Shown: positions 9,910 to 19,871 of the stretch, piece by piece
Position numbering within the stretch: the first letter of the stretch is position 1
How the letters are laid out: each line of letters opens with the position of its first letter
Source: an uncultured Deinococcaceae bacterium
Lineage (GTDB): Bacteria > Deinococcota > Deinococci > Deinococcales > Deinococcaceae
Reading direction: 5' to 3'
Length of the DNA: 35,422 bases
Assembly: GCA_964252075.1 (NCBI GenBank)
Contig: CAXULY010000048.1
Location: 1-35,422, forward strand
Program-made: the position numbers and the translations under genes
The notes under the pieces: generated by a model
Databases searched by the model: none
Seen by the model: only the letters and a program-made list of their open reading frames with translations
What the model was told of the DNA's origin: nothing

Positions 9910-10251
9910 CTACTCGAGGCTAATGGTGAGGGGCTCGCCCTCCGGGAAGCGGAAGGTGAGGTCCAGTCCAGCCTTCAGGGACCGCGCCACCGCCCGCAGG
10001 TCCGCCACCTCCAGCTCGTCCTCCACGTATCCGCGCAGGTCCGCGTCCGACCAGTCAGCAAGGACATTCATGGCGCGAGGCGCGAGCGGGTGGCCGTGAT
10101 GAACCAAGGTCTCCTGGATGGCGGCCCGGAGCATCTGTAAGCGCATATCCTGGTCGTACGGTTCCTCCAGCGCGGGCTTGGGGGTGTGGGACCCCAGCGA
10201 CGTGCCCGGAAACAGCGGCGGGGGCTCAGAGGAATCATCGTGCTTCGGCAT
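9910..10251 (-). CDS. Hypothetical protein, 113 aa (MPKHDDSSEP...)
   Basis: GAGGAG RBS before ATG 10251, just after the upstream stop. Confidence 0.7.
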   Translation of the reverse strand: MPKHDDSSEPPPLFPGTSLGSHTPKPALEEPYDQDMRLQMLRAAIQETLVHHGHPLAPRAMNVLADWSDADLRGYVEDELEVADLRAVARSLKAGLDLTFRFPEGEPLTISLE

Positions 10252-10261
10252 GGGGTCTCCT

Positions 10262-11086
10262 CTAGTGACGGCTCGGATGGCCGCGGCGGGCGATGAGCAG
10301 GGCCCTGACCTGCTGCTGGAAGGGGTCATCGGCGAGGTAGAGGGCCAGCAGGGTGGTGTGCAGGTCCTGCTGTGTGACGTTCGGGCCTTTCGGCAGGGTG
10401 CCCAGGACGGTGATGGCCAGCGTCTGGCTGACGCGCATCGCCACCTGCTTCACCGCGCCCCTCAGGGTGCTGCCCGTCGCCCAGGGCAGCCCGTGGCTTG
10501 CAAGCACCGCGGCGATCTGCACCGCCTCCGGGTCCTGCACCACCTGCGGGTGCTCGGCGTGCCGGGTGGCGCGCAGGTGCAGCACCTGGTGCACGCGCGC
10601 CTGGACCTCCGACCAGCTGAAATAGGTTAGCAGCAGTGTGACGTGCAGGTCGACATGGCTCACCTCGGCGGGAAGCGTGGCGATGGCGCGGTCGAGGAAC
10701 GCGGGCGTGGTGCGGTAACTGAGGTGCCGCACCGCTTCAGGAATGCGGCCCCTCGACGCGAAGGGCTGCCGCAGCGCGTGACACTGCGCCTGCACCGCCT
10801 GCAGACCCGTGAGGGGCGCCTCGTCAGGGGCAGGGAGCGGCGGCATGGGTATGTCCTGCGGTAATTGGGTGGTTGGATGGCCCGCTTGCAGGCGCTGCCC
10901 GAGGCGGGTCAGGAGATCGCTGCGCTCGGGTGGGGCGGCGATGTGGGTGGTCAGCGCCCACAGGCCAGCGGTGTTCAGCAGGACCTGCACGTTGTCGGCC
11001 TGCAGCGGGGGACGGTCGGGAAAGAAGTGCTGCAGGAGCACCTGGGCGGTGATGAGGTCGTGGTTGAGGGTCGAGGGTTGGGGCAT
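10262..11086 (-). CDS. Hypothetical protein, 274 aa (MPQPSTLNHDL...)
   Basis: GGAG RBS before ATG 11086; co-oriented with 9910..10251. Confidence 0.65.
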   Translation of the reverse strand: MPQPSTLNHDLITAQVLLQHFFPDRPPLQADNVQVLLNTAGLWALTTHIAAPPERSDLLTRLGQRLQAGHPTTQLPQDIPMPPLPAPDEAPLTGLQAVQAQCHALRQPFASRGRIPEAVRHLSYRTTPAFLDRAIATLPAEVSHVDLHVTLLLTYFSWSEVQARVHQVLHLRATRHAEHPQVVQDPEAVQIAAVLASHGLPWATGSTLRGAVKQVAMRVSQTLAITVLGTLPKGPNVTQQDLHTTLLALYLADDPFQQQVRALLIARRGHPSRH

Positions 11087-11343
11087 GGGTCTCCAGGCCC
11101 GCGCGTGCACGCCGACGGGACAGCGCACACCATGCCCGACACCTCCGCAGATAGCAAGCCTGCACATCAACGCGGGAAGTTCAGATCAAGCAAGCCGACC
11201 TCGCATGAGTCTGTAATCCCGCTCAACCTGTTCCTCCATGCCAGGGGCGGCCCCCTTCCTACAGGGGCCACCCCCGAGTCGCCGTCGGCCCCCAGCCGCT
11301 TCCCGGACCACGACGACTGGACCGCCGATAAAGCGGTGACCCG

Positions 11344-13221
11344 TCAGTGCAGGCGGTTCAGGTACCTGGTCTCCCCGCTGGCGGAGCTGTACCAGAGGTC
11401 GCCCTGGCTGGACACCGCAATGCGGTTCGGCGCCAACGCCGGGGTGAACCGCTTGAGCACGCCGCTCACCGCATCCACGTGCTGGATGAACGGCTTCAGC
11501 GAGTCCACCAGCCAGGCGGTGCCATCGGGGCTCGCCACGACCCTGGTGATCTCCTGGACGTCCACGTCCGGCATGACGGTGGCCTGGCCGGACGTGGGGT
11601 CGAACAGCACCAGCTCGCGCGCCACGGTGAAGCTGTCGCCTCCCTGCGGCACGTTGCGTGAGGTGACCAGCCACAGGCGCCCGTCCGGACGGACCGCCAT
11701 GCTCAGCACGCCCGTCGTGCGTTCGTTGGGGTATGACGTCGTGACCCCCGTCTTGAGGTCAAGGCGGAACAAGCGGTCGGAACCCGCGGCACGCCCGATG
11801 AAGTACACCCCCTGTCCGCTGCGGGTGGCGGCGCGGGGATAGGTGCTGAGCCCCGCGATGGCAGCGTAGTCGGACAGGCCGGTGGTCGTGTCGAGCGTGC
11901 CGAACCCATAGGTGGTGAGATCAAAGTTGGCCGGAAAGAGAAGGTGGGTGGCGTCCAGCAGCACGAACTGTCCGCCAGGGTTGAAGTCCGAGCTGTTGGG
12001 GCTGTCGTACTGCCCCAGGTACCACTCCTGTTGCTGGCCTGTGCTGGGGTCGAGGTGCACGATGCGCTGGCCCCCCGACGCGCCGTACACCTGACCGTCC
12101 GCCGTGATCTGCAGGTCGATGAGGTTGCGGTTTGTCGTGTACGCGGTCTGCACGCCTGTGGGCGTGATGCGCTGCACATGGTCCCAGGAGGAGTACCAGG
12201 CGTTGCCCGCCGCGTCGGTGGCGAGGTCGTAGAGGCCCCCGGCCGGGAGGTTGGCGTATCGCTGCGGCTGCACGTCCACGCCAATCGGCACGAAGAGGCG
12301 CTGTCCCCGTGCGGTGATGATCAAGGTGGACGGCAGGAGGCCGACGTCCGCCCGTGTGCCCGCGGTGTACCGGAGCGTGACGGTGGAGGCGGTCGGGCCG
12401 AGGGTCACGCTGCTGGGGAAGTCCATGGTCACGCCCTCCGGCACCCCGTCGACCGACAGGGTGGCGGGACCGCTGTACCCGATGCCGCCGAGGGTGATGG
12501 GGATATCGGTGGGTTCTGAGATAAACGCCTGCGCAGAAGGGAAGTTGGCGCTCACCAAGGGCGGCAAGACATCCAGGGTCAGGGCGGTTTGCGCCTGAAC
12601 GACCAGGCTGTCGGCTTCGCCCTCCACCCCGAGCAGGACACGGGCGGTGTACTCCACGCCACTCTGGGCGTTGCGCGTCGCGCTCAGCGTCAGGTGCCCT
12701 TCGCCTCCGGCGCTGGTGGTGAGGTCGACGGTGGGGCTGGAGGCGGTGAAGTAGGGAGAGAGGCCGTCAACGATGACGTGCACCGGGCCGCGGTAGCCCG
12801 CTGGGGCCGTGACGTGAAACGGCAGGTCGAGGGTGTCGCCTGGGCCGAGTTGCACCGTGCTGGTCTTGAGCTGCACGTCGAACCGCGAGGTGACGCCGGA
12901 GGGCGCGTAGGTCAGGGTGACGCTCTGGTCCCCGTTGAGGTCGACAGAGGATTCAGCTGGTGTGGTGAAGCCGTTGAGGGCTGCGGCGGTGATGGTGTAG
13001 GTCCCGCGGGGCAACGCGGTGAGGGTCTTGCGGCCTGTGACCTCGCCATTGAAGGCCGTGGTGCCGTTGTGGGTGACGACGACATTGGCCTGTGGGACGC
13101 CGTTCAGCACCAGTGTCAGGTTGGCGGATTGGCTGGCCGTGTTGGTCGGGGTGGAGCCGCACGCGCTGAGGAGGGCGCCGCTCAGGGCGAACGCGAGGAG
13201 CGAAGAAAAAGATGACTTCAT
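11344..13221 (-). CDS. Large lipoprotein: Ig-like beta-sandwich segments plus C-terminal Vgb/SGL-like beta-propeller
   Basis: Lipobox LSAC; Thr-rich beta segments; repeats LATDAAGNAWYS, MAVRPDGRLWL, VVASPDGTAWL, IAVSSQGDLWYS. Confidence 0.85.
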   Translation of the reverse strand: MKSSFSSLLAFALSGALLSACGSTPTNTASQSANLTLVLNGVPQANVVVTHNGTTAFNGEVTGRKTLTALPRGTYTITAAALNGFTTPAESSVDLNGDQSVTLTYAPSGVTSRFDVQLKTSTVQLGPGDTLDLPFHVTAPAGYRGPVHVIVDGLSPYFTASSPTVDLTTSAGGEGHLTLSATRNAQSGVEYTARVLLGVEGEADSLVVQAQTALTLDVLPPLVSANFPSAQAFISEPTDIPITLGGIGYSGPATLSVDGVPEGVTMDFPSSVTLGPTASTVTLRYTAGTRADVGLLPSTLIITARGQRLFVPIGVDVQPQRYANLPAGGLYDLATDAAGNAWYSSWDHVQRITPTGVQTAYTTNRNLIDLQITADGQVYGASGGQRIVHLDPSTGQQQEWYLGQYDSPNSSDFNPGGQFVLLDATHLLFPANFDLTTYGFGTLDTTTGLSDYAAIAGLSTYPRAATRSGQGVYFIGRAAGSDRLFRLDLKTGVTTSYPNERTTGVLSMAVRPDGRLWLVTSRNVPQGGDSFTVARELVLFDPTSGQATVMPDVDVQEITRVVASPDGTAWLVDSLKPFIQHVDAVSGVLKRFTPALAPNRIAVSSQGDLWYSSASGETRYLNRLH

Positions 13222-13425
13222 AAGGAGCTCACATATTGTCGCAGTTCAGACGCGCTCCTGACGCGTAAGTCCGCCATCGGTGTTTACGGCGTCCCAGGTG
13301 GCGCTTGTTCATCAGCCTTCGCGGGTGCAGTTCTGGCCTGGGAAGGACCGCACGCCGAGGCGCACTGTCCCATTGCCGCCCTGCACGCGGTGTAGGGCGA
13401 AGTGAAGCAGCCCCTCGCAGTCAAG

Positions 13426-14209
13426 AAGCGGTCTCAAAACTCGTTCAGTGGGTCATGGCAGGCTGAGAGGGTGGAACTGACCGAGCCGCAATGGGAGGTC
13501 ATCCAGCCGCTCTTCCCACCACCCAAAGCCACCGGCCGTCCCCGTCAGGACGATCACCTGGTCTTCGAAGGGGTGCTGTGGGTCCTCCGTACCGGTGCGC
13601 GCTGGAAAGACCTTCCCGATCACTTCCCTCCGTACCAAACCTGCCACCGCCGCTTCCAGCAGTGGGTTCGCTTCGGACTGCTCGACCGCATCCTGCAGAC
13701 GCTCTACGAGAACCCGATCGACCGTGGCCAAATCAAGCTTGACGAATGGTTCATCAATGGGTCCTTTGTGCCCGCAAAAGGGAGCGCTGCGATTGCTTAT
13801 GGTCCCCGAGGCAAGGGGAACAAGGTCATGGCGATTGCAGACCGCCATGGTCTACCTGTCGCTCTTTTCCTCGCCGCTGCTGCACCGCATGAAGTGACCT
13901 TGGTCCACAGCACGCTCGACGCTTCCTTCGGCTTCGACCACCCCGCTCGATTGATCGGCGACACCGCTTATGACAGCGAAGCGCTGGACACTGAGTTGGC
14001 TCGGGACGGCATCGAGATGATCGCCCGGAACCGCAGGAACCGCATCAGGACGCAGGATGGTCAAAGCGCCGGTTTGTGGTAGAACGGCTGTTCGCGTGGC
14101 TCCAGAAGTTCCGCCGGGTGGTGCGCTACGAGCGTTTCCCCGAAAACTTCTTGGGCATGCTTCAGCTGCCCGCCATGATCATCCTGCTCCGCCCGCGCTG
14201 AAACCGGGT
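13426..14209 (+). mobile_element. IS5-family insertion sequence (IS427-like), inactive
   Basis: Imperfect terminal inverted repeats AAGCGGTCTCA / TGAAACCGGGT enclosing a transposase gene. Confidence 0.85.
13471..14201 (+). pseudogene. IS5-family transposase pseudogene
   Basis: LTEPQW...GRPR...WVLRTGARWKDLP...RRFQQW; first catalytic Asp reads INGS instead of IDGS; frameshift near 14065 before KRRFVVERLFAWLQKFRR. Confidence 0.9.
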
Positions 14210-14247
14210 CACGTCTGGCGCGTGGGGACGCAACTGTCCAGTACCCT

Positions 14248-15069
14248 CTACTTTGTCGGCACCCCAATTTTAATAGCGACGTATTGTACTTCTGGATTTG
14301 CAAGATCAATCTCAAAGGAACAGTTTAATTTCTGGCCCGAGGTGAGGCAACTTGGTTTTCTGGATTGGGACCCAGGCGGATCAGGAGGCAGCAGCGTTGT
14401 CGGCAATAAGATTTTGATGCCACCAGTTTTGGACAGATCACTTTGGTATGCGACCACACTGTACATCGTCGAGTCTTTATCGAACACATTGGAAAAGTTT
14501 GCGGTCACGTCAATGGATAGGAGTTCGCCGTCATATACAGGGCTTCTTGTCTCCCTGATCAGTACCATAGAAGGTTTTGCAGTAGATTGGGGTGTTAGGA
14601 CATCAGATGGGCTGCCAGCAGCGGTGGATTTCGGCAAGGAGAATGAGGAAACTTGAATTAGGTCATTTGCACGAGCCACACTACAGTGAATTTCGTGACA
14701 TATATATGATACATTGAGATAATGTATACCCTCGATTTTTTGGAACAGATTGTCGATTTTTTGAATTCCTGATGCCTCACCAATGACAAATCCGGCACCG
14801 TCGGATGTATTTCCGAGTATCAGTAAGTTTGATACCTTAATTAGAATGTTGTCTCCCAGTAGGTACTCTGTGAACCCTGTGTTCTGCTGCCAGAAGATTG
14901 AAAGTCCCCGAATATCATAGAAAATGTTCTTATTGATCTCAACGGCGCGCGTCCAATTTGCATTTGAAACGACATAATCACCTATCGCAGTTCCGTTTAT
15001 GGAAGCGCCCTGAGATACAGACATGAACGTACTGCAAAGTATTAAGCTATTGCATAGCAATCGATACAT
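14248..15069 (-). CDS. Low-GC secreted hypothetical protein, ~273 aa (MYRLLCNSLILCSTFMSVSQGA...)
   Basis: Long ORF in AT-rich DNA; signal-peptide-like N-terminus; start overlaps the stop of 15047..16165. Start position uncertain. Confidence 0.65.
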   Translation of the reverse strand: MYRLLCNSLILCSTFMSVSQGASINGTAIGDYVVSNANWTRAVEINKNIFYDIRGLSIFWQQNTGFTEYLLGDNILIKVSNLLILGNTSDGAGFVIGEASGIQKIDNLFQKIEGIHYLNVSYICHEIHCSVARANDLIQVSSFSLPKSTAAGSPSDVLTPQSTAKPSMVLIRETRSPVYDGELLSIDVTANFSNVFDKDSTMYSVVAYQSDLSKTGGIKILLPTTLLPPDPPGSQSRKPSCLTSGQKLNCSFEIDLANPEVQYVAIKIGVPTK

Positions 15070-16165
15070 CTTCAAAGTAGTCCCATATCGATATGTCACT
15101 GAGCGTAACGTCGAAAGCATTGGGGTTAAAGCATTGATAACGTCCGTTCCCGTTCCAATCCACCAGGTTCGTTGTGAAAAATGGCGGCGTGATATTCTTA
15201 TACCCACCAATCTTGATGTTCTGCCACGTCGTGGTTCCAAGAGACGACCCGTTCTGCGCAGTCGAATTTTGCGCGATGCCCGTCAAACGCTTCATCACGT
15301 TGGTGGCCCCCGTCGTGGTCCATCCAGGGGCGGCCAGTTGGACAGAGACCGACTGCCCTCCGCTGCTAGCCGACAGGTAAGCAGTTGAAGTGGTGGCTGT
15401 TGTCGTGGCGGGTGCCACCACGAGATTCAACAGGACATCCTGTCCGTTGCCAAATCGAACGGCGGAAGAACTTGGCGCAAGCGTTGCCCCGACCTTCAAG
15501 AAAATCTGCCATTCGTAGCTGATCTGGCCGTTCGCGTACTTCAAATTGGCTTGCAACCCCGCGTCCACGCCGTTGTTGAGGTTATCTGCTCCCCATCCAC
15601 CGAGAAGCACATACGGAGTCTCTGTTTGAACGTGAGTCGTCGGATTATATTTGATGTTGATGCTGGTGGGAAGAATCACATCGCTTTGAGCAGCCGTCCA
15701 GTAGTGAAGCTGATTGCCTGCCGTGCCGGTCCCGGGCTTGGACATACTCCTGTAAAACCCACCTGTGTTCGCTCCGTCAGAACAAACGACGGACTGTTCT
15801 CGCAAACTTTGCGCTGTAACAGGAATTGAATCCGGCAAGACGAATGTCTGTCCTGTTTCGATATACTTGTAGAGCGATCCAGCCACTTGAACCGGGTGAA
15901 GGACCTGCACAACAGATGCCGCCTTCAATCCTTTATTTGAAATGGCTCTTCCGTCTTCAGTAATCAACGTGAATGACTCACGCTGATTCTCAGGTACCAG
16001 CAGCATTGCCTGTTTCAATAATATCCGATCTGGTCCTTGGATAGATGGATCAATACGTTTTTCTACGGCATTCAACTCACTTAAATTCCCTTGAGGCGCA
16101 TTGACTTGACCTCCGCATGCCGCCAAAACCAGTGCCGTCGGTAGGAATTTGAAGTAAGTCTTCAT
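15047..16165 (-). CDS. Low-GC lipoprotein with YrpD-like C-terminal domain
   Basis: Lipobox LAAC; ETPYVLLGG...VDAGLQ...MKRLTGIAQ resembles YrpD-family motifs as recalled (not searched). Confidence 0.75.
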   Translation of the reverse strand: MKTYFKFLPTALVLAACGGQVNAPQGNLSELNAVEKRIDPSIQGPDRILLKQAMLLVPENQRESFTLITEDGRAISNKGLKAASVVQVLHPVQVAGSLYKYIETGQTFVLPDSIPVTAQSLREQSVVCSDGANTGGFYRSMSKPGTGTAGNQLHYWTAAQSDVILPTSINIKYNPTTHVQTETPYVLLGGWGADNLNNGVDAGLQANLKYANGQISYEWQIFLKVGATLAPSSSAVRFGNGQDVLLNLVVAPATTTATTSTAYLSASSGGQSVSVQLAAPGWTTTGATNVMKRLTGIAQNSTAQNGSSLGTTTWQNIKIGGYKNITPPFFTTNLVDWNGNGRYQCFNPNAFDVTLSDISIWDYFEDVSIAMQ

Positions 16166-16266
16166 ATCCATACTATGGGTAAGTAGCGGTCATAAAGATG
16201 TGAAAAAGTGTTCGTGTTGCGTCGCGGTCCTTCAAACAACCAGGGCTTTCCACGCGAGCGTCCCTG

Positions 16267-16481
16267 AACCGGTTTCAGAGCTGGCGGAGCAGAAGGTCTT
16301 TCCAGCGCGCACCGGTACGGAGGACCCACAGCACCCCTTCGAAGACCAGGTGATCGTCCTGACGGGGACGGCCGGTGGCTTTGGGTGGTGGGAAGAGCGG
16401 CTGGATGACCTCCCATTGCGGCTCGGTCAGTTCCACCCTCTCAGCCTGCCATAACCCACTGAACGAGTTTTGAAACCGCTT
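16267..16481 (-). mobile_element. 215-bp internally deleted (MITE-like) copy of the IS5 element, inverted
   Basis: Near-identical to 13426..~13615, joined directly to the last ~25 nt of the IS; keeps both ends (AAGCGGTTTCA / TGAAACCGGTT). Confidence 0.9.
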
Positions 16482-16847
16482 TAAGGGCCAGGTTCGTGCA
16501 GCCATTCTTCCCGCATCCGGCCTCGAGCAGTTCAGCAAGGCCCTGGCCGCGCATCCACCAGTGACCGCCGCGCGTGCGCTGGCGCGACACCTGGGTGAAT
16601 CAAGCCTCACCCACAGTGGCCGTTGATGCCTCACCGCCCAGGAAGATGTTGATGGTGTATCCCAGCCATTCCCCATACGGCACACGTCCTCCAGGACGCC
16701 AGCCGCGCCAAGTGCAGCCCATGGTTTGCCCTTCCGGTGACACCCACGCCCACCTGCATCGCTTGATTCAGCCGCCGAGAGAGGGCCGACCTGAATCTCC
16801 GGGCCTTTGCATCGTGAACAGACCCGTCCCCTACACTCATTGGGGTC

Positions 16848-18635
16848 ATGACCGCGTCCCCTCGCCTGAACGACCGCCGCCCCCTCACCACGCGCGGTGA
16901 ACGGAACCTGCTGGCGTTCGCCCGCCTCGTCGGCGTCGTCCGCTTCTTCCATCCCGACCCAGCGGTCGGCGAGGCGGACTGGGACGCTTTCGTTCCCCGC
17001 CACCTGCCTGATGTGGAGGGTGCCAGGTCCGATGATGAGCTCGCTGTGGTGCTGCGACAGGCGATGGACGCCTTGGCGCCGGATGTGCAGCTTCAGGTGG
17101 ACGGCGCGCCCATCGAACCTGCAAATGTCCCTGCCCACACCCACCTGCGCTTCCGGGTGCACACCCCAGCAGGCGTGATGGCGCACGGCCTCGCCCTGCA
17201 CCCAGGGCACAGCGTCACCCTTCCCATTCAGGACGCGGTGCCCGAGGACGCCACCGTCACGCTCACCTTCCCCAACGAAACGGAGCCCAGGGCCGTCACC
17301 GTCCCCGTCCCTGATCCCGCCCGGCCGTACCCCGTCCATTTGACAGGCACCCTGACCGCCTGGGTGCCGCTCGCCCAATGGACGAACGAGTCCGCGAGCC
17401 GCCCGCTCGCCTGGCCGGACCGCCCAGCCCACGCGGCCACCCCGAACCGGCCCCTGCGCCTCGCGGCCATCCTGCAGCTCTGGACGGTCCTTCAGCACTT
17501 CTTCCCGTACCGCGAGCACCTCCCACAGCCCTGGTCGGACGCGCTCCTCGCGGCCCTCAGGGCAGCGGCGGGGGCGCCGTCCGCGCTGGCCCTGCGCGCC
17601 ATCCTGGAGCGCTTCATGGCACCGATTGGGGACGCCCACGTCCAGGTGCTCTACGGGGACCGGGGCCTGCACGCGCGCCGCCGCCTGCCCTTCGCATTGA
17701 CGGAGGCGGACGGGCGCTTCGTGGTGTGGGCGCGTTTCGTCGGCGCGCCCGAGCACCTGGCCCTTGGCGACGAGGTGCTGAGCGTCGCCGGGGAAGCGCT
17801 GCCCCGACGCATTCAGCGCCTGGAACGCCAGATTACCGGCTCCCCGCAGCACCGGCGGCAGGTGGCCCTCAAGGTCGCCCTGATGGCCCACACCCGCCGC
17901 GCCGCCACCGTCCGCTGGCGCGCGCGGGACACCGGGCAGGTGCACCAGGCCACCCTCCCCTATGACGTCTTCCGGGGCCTCCTCGCGCCAGCCACGCCCC
18001 CTCCCGTGCAGGACCTCGGGGATGGCGTGCTGGCCATCGACCTGATCGGGGCGGACGAGGCGGTGTACGAAGCGCACCGGGACGCCCTGCACGCCGCTCG
18101 GGGCCTGGTGGTGGACGCGCGGGGGTACCCGAACCCCGCCGCCCTGCGGTTCCTGGCGCACCTCACCGACCAGCCGCTGCGCACCGCGCCCTTCCTGGCT
18201 CCGGTCGTCACCCGGCCGGACGGGCAGGACTGGGTGTGGGTGGACTTCGCGTATGACCTGGTGCAGCCGCAGGTGCCACGCTGGACATCGGCGGTGGCGT
18301 TCGTGACGGACGCGAACGACACCCTGAGCTGGGCGGAGACGGTGCTGGGCCTGGTGGACGGCGCGCACCTCGGGCCGCGGGTGGGGAGCGCGTCGGTGGG
18401 TGTGAACGGCACGGGCACCTGGGTGCACCTGCCGGGCGGGTCCGCGGTGCGGTACACCGGCTTGCACGTGACGAAACACGACGGAACGCCGCTGTACGGC
18501 GTGGGGTACGGGCCGGACGTCCCGGCGGACCGCACGGCGCAGGGGGTGGCGCAGGGGCGCGATGAACCCGTTGAGGTGGCGAAGCAGGTGGTCCTGACCC
18601 TGCTGGGCGACCATGAACTCCAAGGCCAGCGGTGA
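16848..18635 (+). CDS. S41 family peptidase
   Basis: QHFFPY, VVDARGYP, catalytic LSWAE, VGSASVGVNG...LPGG...GVGYGPDV; PDZ-like LALGDEVLSVAG. No clear signal peptide. Confidence 0.85.
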   Translation: MTASPRLNDRRPLTTRGERNLLAFARLVGVVRFFHPDPAVGEADWDAFVPRHLPDVEGARSDDELAVVLRQAMDALAPDVQLQVDGAPIEPANVPAHTHLRFRVHTPAGVMAHGLALHPGHSVTLPIQDAVPEDATVTLTFPNETEPRAVTVPVPDPARPYPVHLTGTLTAWVPLAQWTNESASRPLAWPDRPAHAATPNRPLRLAAILQLWTVLQHFFPYREHLPQPWSDALLAALRAAAGAPSALALRAILERFMAPIGDAHVQVLYGDRGLHARRRLPFALTEADGRFVVWARFVGAPEHLALGDEVLSVAGEALPRRIQRLERQITGSPQHRRQVALKVALMAHTRRAATVRWRARDTGQVHQATLPYDVFRGLLAPATPPPVQDLGDGVLAIDLIGADEAVYEAHRDALHAARGLVVDARGYPNPAALRFLAHLTDQPLRTAPFLAPVVTRPDGQDWVWVDFAYDLVQPQVPRWTSAVAFVTDANDTLSWAETVLGLVDGAHLGPRVGSASVGVNGTGTWVHLPGGSAVRYTGLHVTKHDGTPLYGVGYGPDVPADRTAQGVAQGRDEPVEVAKQVVLTLLGDHELQGQR

Positions 18636-18680
18636 GGCTGCATCCTTGACCCCACATCAAGGCGGTGCGTAGGGTGGGTC

Positions 18681-19304
18681 ATGAACCGCTTGGATGAGGC
18701 CTGGGCGGCCTTCGAGCGCAAGGACCACGCGGAGGCCGAGCGCCTCTACCAGAGTGTGTTGGGTGATGCGGCGCGGTCTGACGAGGAGCAGGGTGGGGCT
18801 CGGTTCGGCCTGGGGTACGTGCTGGCCTTCACCGGGCGCCACGACGAAGCCCGCGGCTGCTTCGAGGCGCTGCACCAGGAGGCCCTGGAGCGTCAAGACC
18901 TGGAGGCCGCCCACAGGGCCCTGCACCAGGTGGGCATGGTGGAGCGCCTGGCGGGAAGGTGGGCGAGCGCTCGGCAGACGTTCGAGCGCGAGCGGACCCT
19001 CATCGCGCAGCTGGGCGACCCGGACTTGGCGGTGAGCATCAACGCCTACGAGTTGGGGCTGGTGGCCCTGCACGAGGGTCGGATGGAAGCGTCGCGCGTC
19101 TGGTTCGAGCGGTCTCTGACATGCGCCCAGCGCACTACGGATCTGGTCGCGGTGGATTGCGCTCACAGAGGGCTGGGGGATTGGTACCGGCAGCAGGGGG
19201 ATGAGGAGTCCGCACGTGCCGCCTGGCAAGCGGCCCGCGAGGTCTTCGGGCAGGCCCAGGACCTGAAAAGCGTGACCGACATGAACCAGCGCCTGTCGTC
19301 CTGA
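18681..19304 (+). CDS. Tetratricopeptide repeat protein
   Basis: Repeated helical motifs (FGLGYVLA, HQVGMVER, YELGLVAL, HRGLGD); TAGGGT-N5-ATG leaderless start. Confidence 0.85.
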   Translation: MNRLDEAWAAFERKDHAEAERLYQSVLGDAARSDEEQGGARFGLGYVLAFTGRHDEARGCFEALHQEALERQDLEAAHRALHQVGMVERLAGRWASARQTFERERTLIAQLGDPDLAVSINAYELGLVALHEGRMEASRVWFERSLTCAQRTTDLVAVDCAHRGLGDWYRQQGDEESARAAWQAAREVFGQAQDLKSVTDMNQRLSS

Positions 19305-19498
19305 GCAGTCTTGCGTTCAGGAGCGGTGGTCGACCGTGGGCGCGCAGACCTCCGCTCGCCTAAGCAAAACACCCCTTACCCAGCGATCTCATCTGCACTT
19401 CCGGTTCAGGCCAACCCATACCGATAGCGTGACAGAAGCGCGGAAGGTCCTCAGTGGGCGCTGAAGGACTCGGTGCCCATTGCCCGACGGCGCGCCGC

Positions 19499-19807
19499 TT
19501 AGGCGAAGTCCAGATCGAAGTGCCCGTCTGAGTGCACGGTCAGGGTGGCGGCGTCCCACTCGCCCCACCCTTCCTCACGGCTCGCCTGGTGCAGCGCCAA
19601 CAGGGCGCGCGTGAACCGCACTCCCCATAGCCCCTCGCCCAGGCGGTCGTCCTCAATCCGTTCACCGTTGCGAGTGTACGCCAGGTGCTCGTTCGTGGCG
19701 CGTGGGCTCGTGACCCGCATGGTGAAGGTCAGCGTGTCGAAGTCCTTTCGAGCGATCTCGGGCGTCAGCAATTCAATCAGGTCATGCAGTCGCTCGTCGT
19801 AACTCAC
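19499..19807 (-). CDS. DUF600/YezG-like immunity protein, 102 aa
   Basis: GAGGAG RBS before GTG 19807; acidic; C-terminal WDAATLTVHSDGHFDLDF matches the DUF600 W-x3-T-x4-DG-x-F-x-h-x-F pattern. Confidence 0.65.
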   Translation of the reverse strand: MSYDERLHDLIELLTPEIARKDFDTLTFTMRVTSPRATNEHLAYTRNGERIEDDRLGEGLWGVRFTRALLALHQASREEGWGEWDAATLTVHSDGHFDLDFA

Positions 19808-19871
19808 GTCAATGCTCCTCAATCAGGAAGTGTTCCGGGTCTCCTGGCTGATTGGCGCTCACACACCCAAG

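Noticed and set aside
16275..18623. 782-aa minus-strand ORF
   Set aside because: Antisense shadow of the S41 peptidase running into the deleted IS copy; Arg/Gly/Pro-rich with no domains.
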